This document shows, piece by piece, positions 1 through 11,340 of a DNA stretch of 64,000 nucleotides. A program made the translations under genes and the position numbers. Position 1 is the stretch's first letter; every line of letters begins with the position of its first letter. The stretch is from Mobula hypostoma (Eukaryota), in assembly GCF_963921235.1 (NCBI RefSeq), contig NC_086109.1, positions 10,852,001-10,916,000 of the forward strand. Reading direction: 5' to 3'. The notes beneath the pieces are model-generated. The model was not told the DNA's origin and made no database searches. It saw only the letters and a program-made list of their open reading frames with translations.

Positions 1-181
1 GACTCAGGCAGTGCATTCCACGAGCCAACCACTCTCTGAGTAAAAAACCTTCCTCTAATATCCCCCTTGAACTTTCCACCCCTTACCTCAAAGCCATGTC
101 CTCTTGTATTGAGCAGTGGTGCCCTGGGGAAGAGGCACTGGCTGTCCACTCTATCTATTCCTCTTAATATTTTGTATACCT
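1..181 (-). mobile_element. CR1 LINE 3' fragment
   Basis: Same 3' ORF2 sequence as the other CR1 copies in the window (ttccac...accactctctg...gccctggg). Confidence 0.75.
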
Positions 182-976
182 CGGGTTTCACCCGAGTCCT
201 TCGCTTTCATCCCGGATCCCAAAGACGGGCAAGCTGGCGGAATAATTGTCCATTTTAACTTACCCCAGTGTGCAAGTGAGTGGTGCAATTAGAATCAGAT
301 TCAGGTTTATTATCACTTACATATGTTTTGCAAGAGCAGTACAGTGCAAGGCTGTAAAACATTACTATAAATCACAATCAATAAATGGTTCAAAAGAGGA
401 ATAATGAAGGAGTGATCATGATTTCATTGACCATTCAGAAATATGATGGAAGATGTGCTTCTGAAACATTGAGTGTGGGTCTCCAGGCTCCTGTATTTTC
501 CCTTCCTGTACTTGCAGAGGTACAGGTACAGTGAAAAAGTTGTTTGCATCATCATAACAATCAGAATTCAGAATTAGAATCAGATTTATTATCACGGACA
601 TTTGTCATGAAATTTGTTGTTTTGTGGCAGCAATACAGTGCAAGGCACGAAAATATTATAAATCACGTACATATATATGTTGTGTATTTAATATTTCAGT
701 AACATTTGAGTAATCTTATCAGTACCTTAAGTAATCTTTGAGTAGTCAAAGAAAATTTAAAATAATTATATATAAATATATATAATTTGATTGAATTTTC
801 TTTGTTTATATAATTCATTTTGGTTATAGGTAAGTATACATGAATTGCATACATCATCACATTACCACATGATATGTGCGTGGCTCACTTAAAGTAAACT
901 CGAAGTTAGACTCACATTTCGGACTCCCTCGTCTTCCATTGAACTTGATTAATGTTTTGAAGTTACAAAACATAAC

Positions 977-1282
977 AGATAGATAGGTAGGTAGATAGAT
1001 GGATGGGTGGATAGATTGATAGATGGATTGATAGATTGATAGGTAGGCAGATGGATAGACATATAGATGGATAGATAGGCAGGTAGATAATAGATGGATA
1101 GATAGACAGATAGATGGGTAGATAGGCAGGTAGATAGACAAATAGATGGATAGATAAATGGATAGACAGGCAGATAGATGAATAAATATATGGATAGATA
1201 GCCAGATAGATAGATATTGTAGGTTGTTGGATAGATGAATAAACAAAGACAGATAGATAAAACTGATTAAATAAATAGATAC
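977..1282. repeat. Degenerate (TAGA/TGGA/CAGA)n microsatellite
   Basis: Directly visible tetranucleotide array. Confidence 0.95.
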
Positions 1283-2168
1283 AATGAATACATACTTGAC
1301 TAAATTAATAAATAGTATAAAAGAGGAGTATTGGAGGAGTGTCCTTAGGTTCACGGACCATTCAGAAATCTGATGGTGGAGGGGAAGAAGCTGTTCCGAA
1401 AACACTGAGTTTTCAGGCTCCTGTACCTCTTCCCTGATAGTAGCAATGAGAAATGGGTATGTCCTGGGTAGAGGGGATGTCCAGTGGGGAGTAAATGGGA
1501 TAAGGGGAGAAGAGATTATGGAGGAAAAATGGAGAGGAAAGCATTGTCTCTGTGAGACAGCATAGGCTGGATGGACGAATGCAATATAATGAAATACAGA
1601 AATTGAGGGAAGTTGAAGGTGAAACAATTGTCATTAGAAGAGTGTTTGCTTTGGGAATTGCCCTGTCTGTTTGCCTTTGGGTTGGCTGTGTTTGTGTGTA
1701 TGTGTGTGTTTACAGTTTTACAATACTTTCCAGTTTTAGGATAATGTTTACACAAAGAAAATGTTGATATCCTGGTTAATCATTGCCTCACTGTCAAAGT
1801 AAGCCGAAATCTTGCTGAAGATCTTGATTGTTCCACTTAGTAACCAGCTCAATCATCTATACCAGTATTGAAACCCAGATTAATGTATCCTGCTACATAT
1901 ACTGGGGACAGTTGATTGGTCTATTAGCCACCCAGAATTTCCACAAAATAGCATCTGATTCATATCAAAGATTAAAAGGACAACTAGGAACGGAGTATTT
2001 CATGGTTGGTCAAAAAATGTCACTGAAGGAGTGTCTGTTAAATCACCCAAATGGCAATGAAATAATTACCTTAATGGTATGTATCTTCAAGGAAAGGGAT
2101 TAAGAAATGAAACAGAAAATGCTGAGTGGAGGCATTGTTCAATAAATCAACACGTAAAGAGGTTATTA

Positions 2169-2400
2169 GGGGCAGCAGGATAGAATAGTGGTTAGCATAA
2201 TGCTTTACAGCACCAGCGTCCCAGGTTCAATTCCCGCCGCCGTCTATAAGGAGTTAGTATGTTCCAGTCGTTACCGCTTGGGTTTCCTCCAGTTCCTTCA
2301 GTTTCCTCCCACATTCCAAAAACATACAGGTTAGGAGGTAACTTGGATGTAATTGGGTGGCGCGGGCTCATTGGGCCAGAAGAACAGGTGTTGTGTCTCG
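2169..2400 (+). mobile_element. tRNA-derived V-SINE (HE1-like); representative of many copies in the window
   Basis: A-box-like tagtggttagc, B-box ggttcaattcc, then the V-domain gggtttcctcc...tttcctcccaca. Related copies near 3050, 5277, 6160, 6660, 8160, 9150, 43780 and 55980. Confidence 0.8.
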
Positions 2401-3289
2401 AAATAGAAATACGAAATATTTAGCAGGTCAGGCAGCATCTGTGGAGGGAGTACCAGCATTAAGATCATCACTTGTTTCAGAGCAACAGCTTGAATGTTGA
2501 GTTTTTAATCACAAGGATTCAAGATTCAAAGTATAGTGATTATCAAAGTATGTATGGAGTATACACCCTGAGATTCGTTTTCCCACAGACAGCCACGAAA
2601 CAAGGAAACACCATGGGATCCATTCAAAGAAGTTGGTGATATTTCTAGGGGTAAGAGGTATTCTTGGGACATTTGGGAAAAACACAAGATTAAGGCATAA
2701 AGAAGTCAACTAGCAGAAAAATCTGACTGATGTGAAGTGTTATTTATCTGTAACTGAGGATGAGCATCTGTTGCTGAAGCGTCTGTTGGCCTTGAGTTTT
2801 TACTTCAGATTTACACCAGTTTGCCTTTGATTTTTGACACTGAGCTAATTTTAGGTTCCAATTTGTCACTTGTCCCTAATGTATCTGCCTCTACCACCAC
2901 CCTGGTAGTGCAGTACACACACCCACCACCCTCTGTGTGAAAAAAAATTACTGCCTCTGACATACCCCCTATACATTCCTCCAAGCACCTTGAAGTTATC
3001 TTTTTATTTATTCAGAAACAGCACAGAATATGCTCTTCTTTTCCCTTCGAGCCACACAGCCTAGCAACCCCCAATATAACCCTAGCCTAATCACGGGACA
3101 ATTTTTACCAGGACCCATTAACCTACTACCTGGTATGTCTTTGAACTGTAGGAGGAAACCAGAGCAAACCCACATGTTCATGGGGAGAACGTACAAGCTC
3201 CTTTTTGGCAGCGGCAGGAATTGAACTGGGGTCGCCGGTACTCTAAAGCGGGGTGCCAACCACTATGCTGCCCCAAATGTTACCAGCTC

Positions 3290-3937
3290 TTGTCACTTGT
3301 CCCCAGTGTATCTGCCTCGGCCACCACCCCTGGCAGCACATTCCACACACCCACCAGTTTCTGTGTAAAGAAAAACCTACCCCTGACATCCCCCTCCTAT
3401 GATGTCCATCGTACACCTTAAAATTATACCCCTTCATATTAGCCATATCCGCCTGGGAAAAAGTCTCCACTGTCCACTCGATCTATGCCTCTTACATCTT
3501 GCACATCTCTGCAAGTCATCTCTCATCCTCTCTCGCTCCAAAAAAAAACGCCCCAGCTCGCTCAACCTATCCTCATCGGATATACTCTCTAATCCGGGCA
3601 GCATCCTGGCAAATCTCTTCTGCACCCTCTCTAAAGCTTCCATGAACTTCCAAAGATGCGACAACCAGAACTGAACACAATTTTCCAACAGAGCTGCAGC
3701 ATTATCTCGTAGCTCTTGAACTCAATCCTCCAACTAATTAAAGCCAAAACACCTTCTTAATCAACTTGTGCGGCAACTTTGAGAGATCTATGGAAATTTA
3801 TTTATTTGTTTGTTTATTTGTTTTTTGAGGTACAGTGATCCCTCTGTTCCTTCACACTGCTAAGAAAGCTGCCATTAACTTCGTACTCTGCATTTGAGTT
3901 TGACAATCCAAATTACATTACTTGACAATTTTACAGA
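3290..3937 (-). mobile_element. CR1 LINE 3' fragment, degenerate
   Basis: Minus ORF 3434-3688 reads CVQFW...ALERVQKRFARMLPGL. Confidence 0.85.
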
Positions 3938-4350
3938 TTGAGTGCGATTCCAATCTTTTCTTTGGTTTTCCAATCAGACTACTTTGTGGAAAGTCCTACC
4001 AAGGTGCTTGTCACTGAGAGCCCCGTGTGGTTTAAAATTTTAAGACCTGTAGAATGCTGTGGCATTCAGTGTGGGAGGACAGTCGCGGCAGGAAAGCTGA
4101 CCTCTTTGAGTACTGTGTCTTTCAGCTTTTGTGCATTCATGGCCAGAATTTGGCATTAAATCTCATTTTAGCCTTCCTGCATCCGGCCACAATATTTCCT
4201 CTTGCAACTGAAGTTAAACCTTCACCCTGCTGGGGAGGTGATGGGCTGGATTTGTGGTTCTCCAGCAGGGGATCCAATGCTCCATCTAGTGGTTGAGATG
4301 AGAATTGGCCATAACTCAGTAAACAAAAGCAAGGCAGACTTAAAAGAAAA
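3938..4350 (+). pseudogene. Bornavirus-like nucleoprotein remnant (EBLN-like)
   Basis: One frame with only 2 stops over ~137 codons: IPIFSLVF...ECCGIQCGRTVAAGKL...FCAFMARI...FLLQL...EVMGWICGSP. Collinear with recalled BoDV-1 N blocks IPGLHAAF, HCCSLLIG..SKI, FKTMMAAL, TLLQM and EAIDWINGQP. Confidence 0.6.
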
Positions 4351-4352
4351 TA

Positions 4353-5278
4353 TATCATGCCTTAAAAGAGTACTCAGCCCCCAACCCTTTGTTCACATAA
4401 ATGAGTATTACTTTGCAAAGCATCACTATAAGATACCATAAAGATGTGGGAGAAGGTCTTGTGGTTGGATGAGACTAAAGTGGAACTTTCACATCAGGCA
4501 GATAACACCATTCCTGTTGTAGAGTATGCTGGAGGAAGCACCGTGCAATGGGGATGCGTTTTGAGCAGAAAGGACTAGAAATATGTCAGGATAGGTGGGA
4601 AGATGAATGCTGCTAAGTACAGAAAGACCCAGGATAAAAACCCACCAGCCCTTGCCAGGAAGCTTAAACTGGGGAGGAAGTTCACCGTTCAGCAGGACAA
4701 TGACCCAAAGCACACTGCCAGAGCAATCATGGAGTTGCTTCAAATGGAGAAAATTGATGTCCTTAAATGGCTCGGTCAGAGTCCTGACCTTCACCCGATC
4801 GAACATCCCTGGCAAGACCTCAAGATTGCTGTCACTGCCGCTCTCCAACTAACCTGGCACAGCTTGAGCGATTTTGCAAGGAGGAGAATGGGTCTGTCAG
4901 TTGGGGAGTGGTACGGTGGGGAGGGTGAGGAGCAGTTTAGGATGAGAATGGGTCTGTGAATCTCGCAAATCTCGCTCCATCACGTTGTGCAAAGCTAATA
5001 GAGACTTATCCAAAGAGACAACTGGCTGTAAAAGCTGTGAGAGGTGATTCAGCCAAGTACTGAGCAAAAGAGGGAGGAATACTTTTGAACTGCTGACATT
5101 TCAGTTTTTGAATTTTAAGTTTTTCATGCTTTACAATTTTCCCTGTGTCTTCATCTCTAGTGTGAAAAAAGTAGCATGCGAGTCACAAAAAAAATTCTCA
5201 GTTAAATTGATCAAAATCCCTGGTTGTAATACTCATTTATGTGAACAAGGGTGGGGGGATGAATACTCTGTAGAGCAC
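4353..5278 (+). mobile_element. Tc1-like DNA transposon, internally deleted
   Basis: Inverted ends: gagtactcagcccc...gttcacataaatgagtattac versus gtaatactcatttatgtgaac...gaatactc. Transposase motifs WLDETK (~4458), QQDNDPKH and SPDLHPIEH. Confidence 0.92.
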
Positions 5279-6088
5279 ACGGTAGCATAGTGGTTAGCAC
5301 ATCACTTTACAATGCAGGTGACCCAGGTTCAATTCCCACCACTGTCTGTAAGGAGTTTGTACGTTCTCCCTGTGGCCACGTGGGTTTCCTCCGGGTACTC
5401 CGGTTTCCTCCCACAGTGCAAAGATGTACCAGTCGGTCGGTTAATTGGTCATTGTAAATTGTCCCGTAGTTCTTCTACTTCACGTGCCTTGCACGTTACA
5501 CGCTTGGGCGATCATGGCTCTCCACATCGAACGATCCCTCGCAGCGTCAGTGATATCTCGCATACTTAGATCTGTTAGTTCTTTCACAGTGTCCATATAT
5601 TTTCTTCTTTGCCTTATTCTTCCGCGTTTCCCAAGCATACGGCTTTGTAATGTAAGACATTCTACTTCTCCCTTTCTGATGACATGACCCAGGAATTTAA
5701 GTTTCCTCTCATTTAATGTTCTCATTAAAGATCTTTTTGTATGGGCGCATTGGAGTACTGTCTCATTAGTTACCCTATCTCTATATGATATTTTCAGCAT
5801 TCTTCTAAGAAACCACATTTCTGTTGCTTCTACGTTTCTTTGGAGTTCTGGTGTCATAGTCCACGTTTCGGAAGCATACAGCAAGATTGACCAGATGTAA
5901 CATTTTAGTAGCCTAAGCCTTGTTGTCATAGAAATGTGTCTGTTGGTAAAAATGGGTTTCATTTTTTGGAAGTTGGTTTTGGCAATGGCAAATCTTTTTA
6001 TTTCTACTTTACTTCCCGCGTCTCGTAGTTAGGCTCGGATTATTGCTGGGTAGCGCAGCTCGAAAGGCTCATTCCACACTGTATCTCA
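5277..6088 (+). mobile_element. V-SINE split by an RTE insertion
   Basis: SINE head and body at 5277-5471; the SINE resumes at 6020 (gtctcgtagttaggctcgg). Confidence 0.8.
5472..6019 (-). mobile_element. 5'-truncated RTE-clade LINE
   Basis: Stop-free ORF 5480-5962 (LLYASETWT, EMWFLRRML, FLGHVIRK, DRSMWR). 11-bp TSD with one mismatch: gtcccgtagtt 5461-71 and gtctcgtagtt 6020-30. Confidence 0.92.
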
Positions 6089-6454
6089 GTAATTATAGAA
6101 CAGTACAGCACAGTATTGACTCTTAGGCCCTCCAGCAGGTGTAGATAATGTACATGGCACTGTAGTATGGCAGTGACCCGGGTTGAATTCTGCCACTGTT
6201 TGTAATGAGTTTGTACGTTCTCCATGTGACTGGGTGTTTCCTCTGAGTGCTCTGGTTTCCTCCCACATTCCAAAGACTTAACGGGTAAATAAGTTAATTG
6301 GTCACTGGGGGGTAATTGGGCAGTGAGGGCTTATTGGGCTGGAAGGGCCTGTCACCTCACTGTATCTCTAAATAAATAAAGGAGGCCATTTGGCCCATCA
6401 AATCCCAGAACAATTCTTTCAATCCCACCCCCACTTATTTCCCTGTAATCAGTA

Positions 6455-6628
6455 GTGAAAGGGGGATGGATACTTCTGAACTGCTGACATTCCAGTTTTA
6501 GAATTTTTAGACTTTCATGCTTTACAATCTTCCCTGTGTTTCGGGCTCTACTGTGGAGAAAGGAGCGTGTGACTCACAAATAAAAATTCTCAGTTAAATT
6601 GGTCAAAATCCCTGGTTGTGAACAAAGG
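6455..6628 (+). mobile_element. Second copy of the Tc1 right end
   Basis: Aligns by eye to ~5065-5250 (gaactgctgacatt...aaaattctcagttaaatt...aaaatccctggttgt). Confidence 0.85.
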
Positions 6629-7009
6629 GAGACCCTTAACAGGGTGGTGCAATTAGCCTACCAGTCCATCCATCTTCAGGATGTGGGAGAAAACCAGAGC
6701 GGCTGGGGGAAACCCACGCAGTCCACCGGGACAGTGTGTAAACTCCACAGAGGCAGCGCTGGAGCTGAGGACTGAATCCAGGTCTCCGAAGCTGTGAGAC
6801 AACAGTACAAACTGTTCCTCCTTATGGAGGGGTTGAAATGTGTTTCCCATAATGCTAGAGTAGAGTGATCCCCTCCATGGCTGCACATACACACAGAATG
6901 CCGGAGCCCGGTCCTTGTGAAGGATCTCAGCCCAAAACGCCGGCTGCCCATTTTCCTCCATATTTGCAGCCTGACTTGCTGCATTCCTCCAGCATTATGT
7001 GTGTGTTAC

Positions 7010-7372
7010 TCCATATTGGGACATACCTCAGTGTTCTTGGTCGTCAATTTTTGCTTTGCCATGCCAGCTCTAATCTCGCTCATCTCCTCCCACCAAGTTA
7101 CTTGGCAGAGTGACTTATAATCTTGGAATGTTCCTACATTCCTTGGCACTTTCTTGAGTTGGACTGCTCGTAAGCTCGATAGAATTCATCACTGACTCTC
7201 AAAATAGTGCCTTGCAATAAATAAAAGTTTGTTGTTTATTTCGGTGTCAAAATTCCATGGGTGGGGCCATCTCAGCATTCTTCTCACTAAAGGACACATA
7301 TTAAAGGAATACATGGGACATGTATAATTTATCAGAGGGGCATGTAGATCCTTACACTGATAGGTGGTTGGA
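7010..7372 (-). pseudogene. Possible mononegaviral L-protein remnant (conserved region I-II)
   Basis: ~120 codons with only two adjacent stops: LVRRMLRWPHPW...LRAVQLKKV...FQDYKSLCQVTWWEE. Resembles the L pattern [KR]WP...V...DK[AS]...W. Confidence 0.4.
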
Positions 7373-8686
7373 TTCTAAAGGGGATGGAGAAGCCTGTTGA
7401 GTTGGGAGAGCTATCCACTCACATTCATCCCTGCTGATCGCATGCGTTGAGATGCAGTGACGAGCATTTGCTTGCATACCTTGCAGACAGATCATCCCAT
7501 ACACAATACAGTGGCTTATCATTAATTGGGCCATCTGTTAATCAGGGCAGCCACTTATTTGGGACAGCTCTTGAAGAATAAAAACAAATCGAGAAAACGG
7601 CCGGGATGACCTTCCTTTATTTGGGACACTTTGCCAGTTAACTGGGGCAGAAGACTGTTGCCAGACAGTTTCTAACTAGAGTCAGTGCACCTACACCTCC
7701 CCGGGGTGACTGGTGTTAAGGCACCAGTAACCCACTCAGGCGCCTCTCAGTAGAAACGGTTTCATTGGGCTTAGTAGCTAAGCCACACGTGAAGGCCAGG
7801 AGCTGGACTTAGTTGTCAGAGGCGATTTGAGGTGCACGCCATTGGAAGCGTTTAGTGGGTAGTGGGAGCCTACCCCATTAACACACCCCTAGCTGTGACA
7901 ACCTTAAGAAACCAAGGGCAGTTTAATTCCTCATTTGTATAAAGCTCACAGATTAATGGTTGCGTGGTAATAATGAACGCAACAATATACAGTTACCAGC
8001 ACAAAATAAGTGGCTAGTGCAAAGACTAAAAGAAAGATGAGCTTTGAAACATTTAGTGAAATGCATTGTTTGCATCAACGATCGACATAGTCCTAGAATG
8101 CACTGCAGGCAACCCGCAAGTGTCACCATGCTTCCAGCGCCCCCCGATTGACCAACCCTAACCCATACATCTCTGGAATGTGGGAGGAAACCCACACGGA
8201 CACGGGGAGAACGTACAAAGTCCTTACAGGCAGCGGTGGGAATTGAACTCCGATCGTTTGCACTGTAATGCGTTATGCTAACCGCTACGATTAGTAGGGC
8301 AGAACCAAATGTGCAAGTAATAATAACAGAAGAGGGTGAAATAATGGTTCAAGAATGAGACTGGGATGAAGGTCAAAGCCAAGTTTATTGTCATAAGCAT
8401 GTGACGAAAAGCTTACAGAAGAGTCCCCATCCGCCACAGACTTGGTGATTTGTTGGGACTGTTTCTGTGCTGTACGTATACAACTTTAGGATTATAAAAC
8501 CTTGCGTAGAAAAAAATAACATGTTATTTGCCTTTATTATTGTGTCTGGCCAGCGCAACACCAGCACCAGCCTAGCCACCATCAAGGATGTATATACAGA
8601 AAGGTGCCAGAAAAAGGCCTGCAATATCACGAAGGCTCCCACCCACCCTTCTCATGGAATGTTTGTCTCACTTCCATCAGGGGAGA

Positions 8687-8992
8687 TTAAAGATTAAAGT
8701 CTGTCACGAGCCTTGTGGCCCATCAGGCTTATGTCGGTTTCCATGACGTGGAGTGACTGACAGTATGAGACTCCCCCCCCCCCGCCCCCCCACCCCCCCA
8801 GGTAGGATGCCAGTCTATCGCGAGGTTAACCCCCAGCATTTTTGCCGGTACCCATTCTCAGTTGGGTGGACTGGAGCATTGTGTGGTTAAGTGCCCTGCT
8901 TAAGGACACACACACTGTGCCTCGACCGAGGCTCGAACCCACAACCTCCAGGTCACTAGTCCAACACCCTAACCACTTGGCCACGCGCCACA
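8687..8992 (-). mobile_element. tRNA/CORE-type SINE inserted into a Rex1 3' fragment
   Basis: Perfect 13-bp TSD ccatcaggggaga at 8674-86 and 8993-9005. On the minus strand it has B-box ggttcgagcc and CORE-like gtgtccttaagcagggcacttaacc. Confidence 0.88.
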
Positions 8993-10680
8993 CCATCAGG
9001 GGAGAGGCTAGACAGCATCCACGCCAGGACCACCAGGCTCAAAAGTAGTTACATCCCCCAAGCTGTCATGATAACCAGCAGCTCCAGCCATTGACCCACT
9101 ACCACGACGTACACATCACCTGGTTACATGCGTGGGCCAGCGTGGCAGGTAGTGGTTGGCACAATACTTTATGGATCGGGGTTCAATTCCCACCGCTGTC
9201 TGTAAGGAATTTGTACGTTCTCCAGGTGACCGCGTTGTTTTACTGGGGTTGCTCCATTTGCCTCCCACAGTTTATAGACGTACCGGTTGGTGAGTTAGTT
9301 AGTCATTATGAATTGTCACGTGATTAGAGTTAGATCGGGGTTGTTGGGCACCATGACTCTAAGGGCCTGTTCCACACTATATCTCAATAAAATAAAATAA
9401 AAATTATATACATACAATCAGTCTATATATATGTTAATTGTACACTGTGTTTAATAGGGTTGTTTTTATATTTATATTATGAATTTTTTATTATGTTCAG
9501 CATTGGATCTGGAATAACAATCATTTTGTTCTCCTTTACAATCGTGTACTAAAGAATGACGCCAGGCAAGATTAAAAAGGTCAGGGTGTCGGGGCTCGAG
9601 GCAAGGGGCGCTCTTCACTGAACTAAGGCTCTGGGGACAGACGCTTGTTGTGAAATTCAGTTCAGAACACTACTTGCTTGCAGTTGTATTTCTTTATCTC
9701 TCTACACTTTGGGTGTTGGATTGTTTTTTTTATGAGCTCTTTTGGTTTTCTTTGTTTCGTGGCTGCCTGTAAGGAGATGAATCTCAAGGTTTTGTGTAAT
9801 ATATGCATACTTTGATAATAAATGTACTTTGTACTTTGAACTTTTTTTTTAAACAATGTTGAATCTTGAGCACAGACAGGGCGAGTTTCTTCCATCATGA
9901 CTTGTGGCAGTTCGAAGGAACAGGTACGTCCTGAAGCAAGGTTCAGGGATGTGAGGGGGAATCTGACTTACAAACGCAGGCCTCTGTGTTTGAATGTGTT
10001 TACTGTGATTAGAACCTTAACTGTTCAATGTGCCCAAACTCAAGAATATACAATGAGCCTTCTCCACTTACCCTGAGAATGCCCAACTTCTCAAGTTACG
10101 TGTGTGGAGCCATGAAATTATACGCCGTTGACTTTTGTTGCATTGAGTGCATGTTTTATATAGTGTGTGGCTGATGAGTTATTCATGCACAGTTTATTGG
10201 GGATGGCTGTGTCCCCAAGGGTGCTGTGGTAGAGAGCAGACTTGCTTGAAAGCCATGAGACTATGTTACTCTGTAAAAAGCACTGTCAAATATTTTTAGG
10301 TTGCCTATGTTTAACTGAGAGCCAGTGCATTTACTGTGCTGTCTGAATTGTTAATACCCAGTCACAGGAATAGAGTTGGGCATTCGACCTCCTCAAGCCT
10401 GTTTTGTCATTCCTGCCAAATTCGGTCCCTAACTCCGTGTTCTCACCCGATCCCATCTCTCGTTTTTGTTTTCCTCACTTACCTACAGTTTGGCCTTCAA
10501 TACTGTATGTACTTAGTATTTGGGCACCCATGATCCATCATCCATAAAACATAGGATCAGAGAAATATACATCTTAGGCCATTCAGCCCACCAGAATCTG
10601 TTCTGACCCACTCAGACTGATCCCAATTTTAATATCCCCCATCCCCCTCAACATTTCTCTTTACTCCCCCTCTAAGCTTT

Positions 10681-11006
10681 ACTGTTCCCTCTCTGCGTGA
10701 GTATGTGGCCGTACAGTAACTGCAATGCTCCCACGCACATAGCCTTTGTTGTCATACAGCTGGAATTGGATGCAGCTAGAAAAAGTGTATGAAACATGAA
10801 AGATTATCTTCATTGAAATACATTATACCCTTCGATTAATAACTAAAATCAAAAGTATGTGATTTTTCAATTTTTATTTTAAATATTCATAGTATGATAT
10901 TACAAAAACAATATTGAAGTGCCGCGCAGTTTTCAGGCTGTGTAAAAATTTCCTTCTCAGAGCAATGATTGGTCTCCATAGCTGTAAAAAATTTAGAGGG
11001 AATGTT
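10681..11006. mobile_element. Probable hAT-type MITE, degenerate
   Basis: Imperfect inverted ends actgttccctct / agagggaatgtt; no clear TSD. Confidence 0.4.
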
Positions 11007-11340
11007 CCCCCACCCCCCTATTCCACTGCTCACCCAAACACCGGGATAATTTGCTTATCATTCAAAGTTCAAGGAAAATTTATTATCAAAGTATGGCTAT
11101 ATCATCATATGAGGTTCATTTTCTTGCAGGCATTCACAGTAGAACAAAGAGATTGGTTAATATCAATGAAAAACCGCACCCAAAGACTGACAAATATATG
11201 CAAAGGAAGATAAACTACAAATACAAAAGAAATAAAGAAAGAAACAAATAAACAAATACTGAGAACATGAGTTGTAGAGTCCTTGAAAGTGAGTCTATAG
11301 GTTGTGGAATCATTTCAGAGTTGAGGTGAGTGAAGTTAAA

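Noticed and set aside
857..1627. 256-aa minus-strand ORF
   Set aside because: Largely the reverse reading of a (TAGA)n microsatellite (LSIYLSI repeats).
2169..2240. tRNA genes
   Set aside because: The A/B boxes belong to SINE heads followed by SINE bodies; there is no complete cloverleaf.
7100..7215. RH...DYK as a bunyaviral cap-snatching endonuclease
   Set aside because: There is no PD motif and the spacing is far too short.
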